The position numbers and the translations under genes are program-made. Shown here one piece after another: positions 58,040-64,000 of a stretch of DNA of 64,000 bases; positions within the stretch are counted from its first letter, which is position 1, and every line of letters starts with the position of its first letter. The stretch spans positions 5,518,001-5,582,000 of the forward strand of contig OZ024748.1 of NCBI GenBank assembly GCA_964016885.1, read 5' to 3'. The DNA comes from Eledone cirrhosa (Eukaryota). A model generated the notes under the pieces. The model did no database searches. It was given only the letters and a program-made list of their open reading frames with translations, and had not been told where the DNA came from.

Positions 58040-58380
58040 ACTATTTTTTTTTTACTTTATAATTCATAATATTTCGAGCTTAGAACCTCTTTATCAAATC
58101 AAGAGAAAATCGGACTGTCTTGTTATTGCGAGCTGTTCTTTGTGGTGTGACTGTCCAGAGGTGGAAGTTATTGATTGGAAATGTGAAATGAGCAGCTAGG
58201 TGTGGTCACAATACACAGTCGTCCCATATAATAAAGGTTTAAACATGTTGATTTCAAAGACCTCTTCGATGCGTAAATTACCAATGTTCTGCACATTCGC
58301 CTTTATGCTGATCTCAAATTCTTGCGAGTGGAAATGTCCTTAATGTTTTTTTTTTTGTTTTTTTAGAAAGGAAGCATTAC
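58040..58380 (-). mobile_element. Decayed Penelope-like 3' end (GIY-YIG tail + hammerhead motif)
   Basis: Minus translation ASFLK...EISIKANVQNIGNLRIEEVFEINMFKPLL parallels SSFRKH...VTILETERNVGTLHIKEALWIKRLGPQL of the 10.6-11.3 kb PLE. It is followed by TTGAT-TTGATAA-A-GAG..CTC-GAAATATT-ATGAA at 58063-58102. Confidence 0.7.
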
Positions 58381-58818
58381 GCATATATATACATACATAT
58401 ATAGATTTCTCAAAAACAATTTGAATCAGATAAATAACACACATTCACAGACACACAAACACACATTCACAAACACACACTCTCTGCTTCACATTCACAG
58501 ACACACAAATACACATTCACACACACACACAAACATAAATCTTGAGAGCAGATTTCGCAAAAAAAATTCCTCTGAAAAGCATGAATATACTGGTCGTTAT
58601 AAGGATAGGACTTGCAGAAATTTGGTTTGAATTCGGAACCATTTGACTACGAAATCAACGTCTAAGCAATACCGTCAAATCTGTGTTCCATATTTCATAT
58701 GGTTTATTTTTCTGTTGTACAGAAATTATATAGAAATGGTGTAGTGTAGAACATAAAATGAACTAAGGTGTCATCTACAAATATTTTAGACTTACACTAA
58801 TGTTAGTGATAGTAGTGA

Positions 58819-58884
<66 letters not shown>

Positions 58885-59809
58885 CATTTTATTTAAATTT
58901 TTCAACTAGTAACATCTGCCAAGAAAAAAAAAATAAAGATGAAGGAAAAAATATAGCGAAGAAAATCAGGAATAAAACCAAAAGTAAAAGAAAGAAAAAA
59001 AAACGAAAGAAATGAAAGAAGTGGAAAGAAGTTAAAATAAATGAAAATAAAAGAAACGTAAATTTATGATATTTCATCAATTATTAAGAAATATTAATAA
59101 AAAATATATTATGAAACAACACGAAATAAAATAAATGTAATTCACACACAACACCTTGCGTCACAGACTGCCTCACCCAGACAATATAACACAATAGAAA
59201 CACATATAGAGACAGACGTGCATACACCACACATACACACTCTCACACGCACACAGACTCACACACATACATGTGTACTGTCACTCACACACACACACAC
59301 ACACACACTCAAAGGAGTTACAGATATACATTCACACACAGATATACACTCACACAAGTTAAAGATACACACTCATACACAAACACACAAACTCACACGA
59401 GTTACAGATAAACACTCACACATAAACACACACTCACACAAAAGCACAAACCCTCACAAGAATTACAGATACACATCCACGCACAAAGACACACATAGTC
59501 ACACGCGTCCATCACACACACATACAACCACACACACTCACAAACACACTATACACACTCACAGACACACACACACAAACACACACACTACACGACAATA
59601 CATTCCAGTCCATCCAACCCATCCCACCTCCACTCCACCACCCTCAAAAGAAAAACAAAATTTAAATAAATAAAACGAAGTAAAATTTTAAAACAATTTA
59701 TTCGTAGTATGGCGAATTAATTTTGCAATTAAATTCCTACAATATGGCGCATAGGACAAGATTTGGGTAGAAAGTTCGTTAAGTAAAAAAAAATTCTGAA
59801 ATAAGATAG

Positions 59810-60270
59810 GTCGTTGTTGTTATTGTTGTTGGTGATGTTGCTCTTGTTGGTAGTGTTGGTGTGGATGTTGTTGTTGTTGTTGTTGTTGTTGGTGTTATTG
59901 TTGTTGTTGGTGTTGCTCTTGTTGGTAGTGTTGGTGTTGATGTTGTTGTTGTTGTTGGTGGTGTTATTGTTGTTGGTGGTGTTGCTATTGATGTTGTTGT
60001 TGTTGGTGGTGGTGGTGGTGTTGCTCTTGTTGGTAGTGTTGGTGTTGATGTTGATATTGATGTTGTTGGTGTTATTGTTGTTGGTGGTGTTGCTATTGAT
60101 GTTGTTGTTGTTGGTAGTGTTGGTGTTGATGTTGATATTGATGTTGTTGGTGTTGATGTTGATATTGATGTTGCTGGTGTTGATGTTGTTGTTGTTGTTG
60201 TTGGTGGTGGTGGTATTGCTCTTGTTGGTGGTGTTGCTATTGATGTTGTTGTTGTTGTTGGTATTGCTGG
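59810..60270. repeat. (GTT/GGT/GAT) cryptic triplet repeat
   Basis: Directly visible. Confidence 0.9.
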
Positions 60271-60479
60271 TTATTTGGGGAGATATTATCATATGGAATT
60301 CATCAATATGTGACATATTTTAACATGTGTATCTTCTCGTCTCTTCCCCCTCTCTTTCGTCTTTCGTCTTATTTTCTTTTCATTGCAATAGTACATAGCA
60401 TTGTTTGAGGAAGAGTGTAATTATATCTATATGTTTGTCTATCTATCCATCTACTTATCTATCTATACACACACATATA

Positions 60480-60529
<50 letters not shown>

Positions 60530-60615
60530 GTGTGTGTGTGTGTACATGTATTGACTGTTTTTTGTTTATAGAGTATATTTTGGTTTCTTCTTTTCATTAG
60601 AACTGAGCTTGATTT

Positions 60616-60689
<74 letters not shown>

Positions 60690-60854
60690 ATATATATATA
60701 TATAATTTTTCTATCATTCAATTCTTTTATTAGTTATTTAATTTAATAAAGAAATATTTTCTTATTTATTATTTTGTTTAATTCTTTAGGTTCTTTGTTT
60801 TATTGTAAAAATTATGCAATTTGCGATCTAATGGAAATTGCTAATACAGTACGC

Positions 60855-60967
60855 CTTCTTCTTCTTCTTCTTCTTCTTCTTCTTCTTCTTCTTCTTCTTC
60901 TTCTTCTTCTTCTTCTTCTTCTTCTTCTTCTTCTTCTTCTTCTTCTTCTTCTTCTTCTTCTTCTTCT
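60855..60967. repeat. (CTT)n microsatellite
   Basis: Directly visible. Confidence 0.97.
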
Positions 60968-61433
60968 CACTATTGTTATCCTTATTATTATTATTAATGC
61001 TCTAACTGTAGTATATAATTAATTATCGTTAATAGTAGCAGTAGTATTGGTTATGTTACTTATATTCATAAATATTATTAATAGTATTAATCGTATTATC
61101 AGTACTAGTAGTAGTAGTGAAATTGGAAAATGTTCGATTTATCTGCCTACATCAGAGGTTAAAGCGTGTCAAAGATACGTAAGAAATCAAAGTTTCTTGT
61201 TTATTAAAGAATAATTCCGAGTGAGAAAACACAAAATCAAAACAAAAACAAAGTTTTTCAAAGACGGGTAATATGAATATGTATACATTTATTGACAGGC
61301 ATATATAATGCATCATAGACAGACAAACAGACAGAGACACACACACACATATATACATACATACATATATACATACATATATACATACATACTTATATAT
61401 ATACATATATACGTACATACCTACATATACTAA

Positions 61434-61471
<38 letters not shown>

Positions 61472-61539
61472 CGCTTTCTTCTGTGTACACACGCAAAACA
61501 ACACACCACAGACTTACATACATATCAGTCTGTGAATGT

Positions 61540-61643
<104 letters not shown>

Positions 61644-62114
61644 GTAATCATGTATATTTACATTTACATATTTTTGAAAATGTATATATATATGTATATA
61701 TACATATATATATACGGGTGTGTCTGTATGTGTGTGTTCATGTATGTTTGTGTGTGTATCTGTTTATGTTTACGTTTGTATATACGTCCATACACGTCTG
61801 TATATGTGTCAGTGTGTATTTTTGTTTATGTGTGTGGCTCTAATAGATTCTTCCCATTAATATGTGTAAATTTATATGAAAATATGGTGTACAAACTCTT
61901 TTGAAATCTTCATTTAAAACACACCATCACGTGTTGTTGTAGCTTCATTTTCAGTTTCAAAATAGAAATTTTCTATTTTCAGATCTTCACAATCATATAC
62001 AGTCATCAATCATATATTCTTACACTAAATTTACACATAGATATACACACACACATACACAGCCATACATACACAAACATACACACACAGACGCAGCCGT
62101 ACACACACACACAC

Positions 62115-62166
<52 letters not shown>

Positions 62167-62795
62167 ACACTCTCATACACTTTCACCCACATATATTCAC
62201 ACTCACACACACAACTCACACACATACACACATTCACTGGCAAACACGCACACACAGGCAGACACACACATCTACGCGCTAGCTCACACACATACAGACA
62301 TATAAATATAATCTCGCCACCTCCACAAAGAAGTTGCATGCATATATTTGCATATTTACAATACTAAAGTGAGAAAGAGATAGCGATAGAGAGCGAGCGG
62401 GGGAAAAGAGGGAGTAGGAAGGACAGGGATACGAAGAGAGAGCGCGAGAGAGGGAGAGAGAGGGATAGATGAGAGAGAGGGTGAGAGAGAGATTCTAGCA
62501 AATTCATTTCAAGGCCATGTAAGACATTAGAATCTTTGCTCTGATCTGATCTTCCATCTGTCATATATCTATTTCATATTCTCTTTGTTCTATTTAATTT
62601 CTTTCTTCTCTCTCACTCTATTAACTCTTTTCTAATCCAATCTTCTTTTCTTTCTTTTATTCCTTTCTTAATACCAAGATATCATATATTGTCCGATATT
62701 CTTTACTTCTTTGTCAGTCTGTTGTTATGTTGTTTTTGATTGTGTTGCTGTTGTCATTGTTGTTGTTGAAGAAAACGACGACGAAGATGATGATA

Positions 62796-62837
<42 letters not shown>

Positions 62838-63012
62838 TTGATGATCAGGAAGAGGAGAAGGGAGAGGAAAATAATGATGATGATGATGATGATGATGATC
62901 GGGAGGATGAGGAGGAGATTGATAATGATCATGATGATGATGCTATTGTTTTAGACCTACTACATTTAAAACAATTTCCTTTGTATTCGGAAAAAGAAAA
63001 AAATAAGCATAT

Positions 63013-63768
63013 ATGCTTATAGCTTTCACAGACGATCCCAGACCACGAGACTTGCATATACGTGCTGACCCTGACATAACCCCTCAAGCTTTCATACACC
63101 CTTCAGACACTCTATTACCCTATCAGACAGTCACAGACATGCAGAGTCCCTCCCAAACATCTAATACAGTCACAGACATGGACAGTCCCTCCCAAACCTC
63201 TGATACAGTCACAGACATGCAGAGTCCCTCCCAAACCTCTGATACAGTCACAGACATGGACAGTCCCTCCCAAACCTCTGATACAGTCACAGATATGGAC
63301 AGTCCCTCCCAAACCTCTGATACAGTCACAGACATGGACAGTCCCACTCAAACCTCTGATACAGTCACAGACATGGACAGTCCCACTCAAACCTCTGATA
63401 CAGTCACAGACATGGACAGTCCCTCCCAAACCTCTGATACAGTCACAGACATGGACAGTCCCACTCAAACTTCTGATACAGTCACAGACATGGACAGTCC
63501 CACTCAAACCTCTGAGACAGTCACAGACATGGACAGTCCCACCAAAACCCCTGATACAGTCACAGATACGCAGAGTCCCTCCCAAACCTCTGATACAGTC
63601 ACAGACATGGACAGTCCCTCCCAAACCTCTGATACAGTCACAGACATGGACAGTCCCACTCAAACCTCTAATACAGTCACAGACACGCAGAGTCCCTCCC
63701 AAACCTCTAATACAGTCACAGACATTCACAGTCCATCGCCAACCTCTGAGATATTCGTAGACACATAG
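63013..63768 (+). CDS. Possible Ser/Thr/Asp-rich repeat exon (TVTDMDSPSQTSD)n, coding status unproven
   Basis: 251-aa open frame including about 37 non-repeat codons, with a candidate acceptor TTTCACAG at 63024-63031. The opposite strand is also open, so this may be a non-coding minisatellite. Confidence 0.2.
   Translation: MLIAFTDDPRPRDLHIRADPDITPQAFIHPSDTLLPYQTVTDMQSPSQTSNTVTDMDSPSQTSDTVTDMQSPSQTSDTVTDMDSPSQTSDTVTDMDSPSQTSDTVTDMDSPTQTSDTVTDMDSPTQTSDTVTDMDSPSQTSDTVTDMDSPTQTSDTVTDMDSPTQTSETVTDMDSPTKTPDTVTDTQSPSQTSDTVTDMDSPSQTSDTVTDMDSPTQTSNTVTDTQSPSQTSNTVTDIHSPSPTSEIFVDT
63124..63750. repeat. 39-bp minisatellite, about 16 copies
   Basis: Unit ACAGTCACAGACATGGACAGTCCCTCCCAAACCTCTGAT. Confidence 0.95.
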
Positions 63769-64000
63769 AACCCCTCGCAAATCTTCTGACATATTCACAG
63801 GTATACAGAGACTGAAGAGATCACCGTTATTGATTTTATCTAAAACTCTTGTATATCCATATTTGCATTAATTGGTACTGATGTATATTAAAGAAATATT
63901 GGTAAAACAAAAGAGAAGTAGAACACTATGGAACACTATGGATCGGCTTGCTTTTCTTCACTCTAAAGACTCTAGTAAGTCTAGCAAAGGTAACGAGAGA

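Overview
Eukaryotic, very AT-rich and microsatellite-saturated non-coding DNA (intergenic or deep intronic). The tRNA-derived SINE families resemble those of octopus/coleoid cephalopods (inference from recognition, not searched). No intact host gene, rRNA, tRNA or CRISPR array is supportable, and nearly all ORF-track entries are translations of (TA)n, (CA)n, (GA)n and trinucleotide repeats. Recognisable content: a 5'-truncated Penelope-like retroelement (RT + GIY-YIG, 10.1-11.8 kb) and a second decayed one (58.1-58.4 kb), RTE-clade LINE fragments (one with twin-priming geometry), an internally deleted mariner with a duplicated end, a non-autonomous Helitron, MITEs, SINEs and three minisatellites. 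The most notable signal is a dense set of short Penelope pseudo-LTR-like remnants, usually embedded in (TA)n tracts, that carry type I hammerhead ribozyme motifs (one intact at 55403-55458, several with core variants). Several of these are fold-back palindromes whose turning points coincide with hammerhead hairpins.
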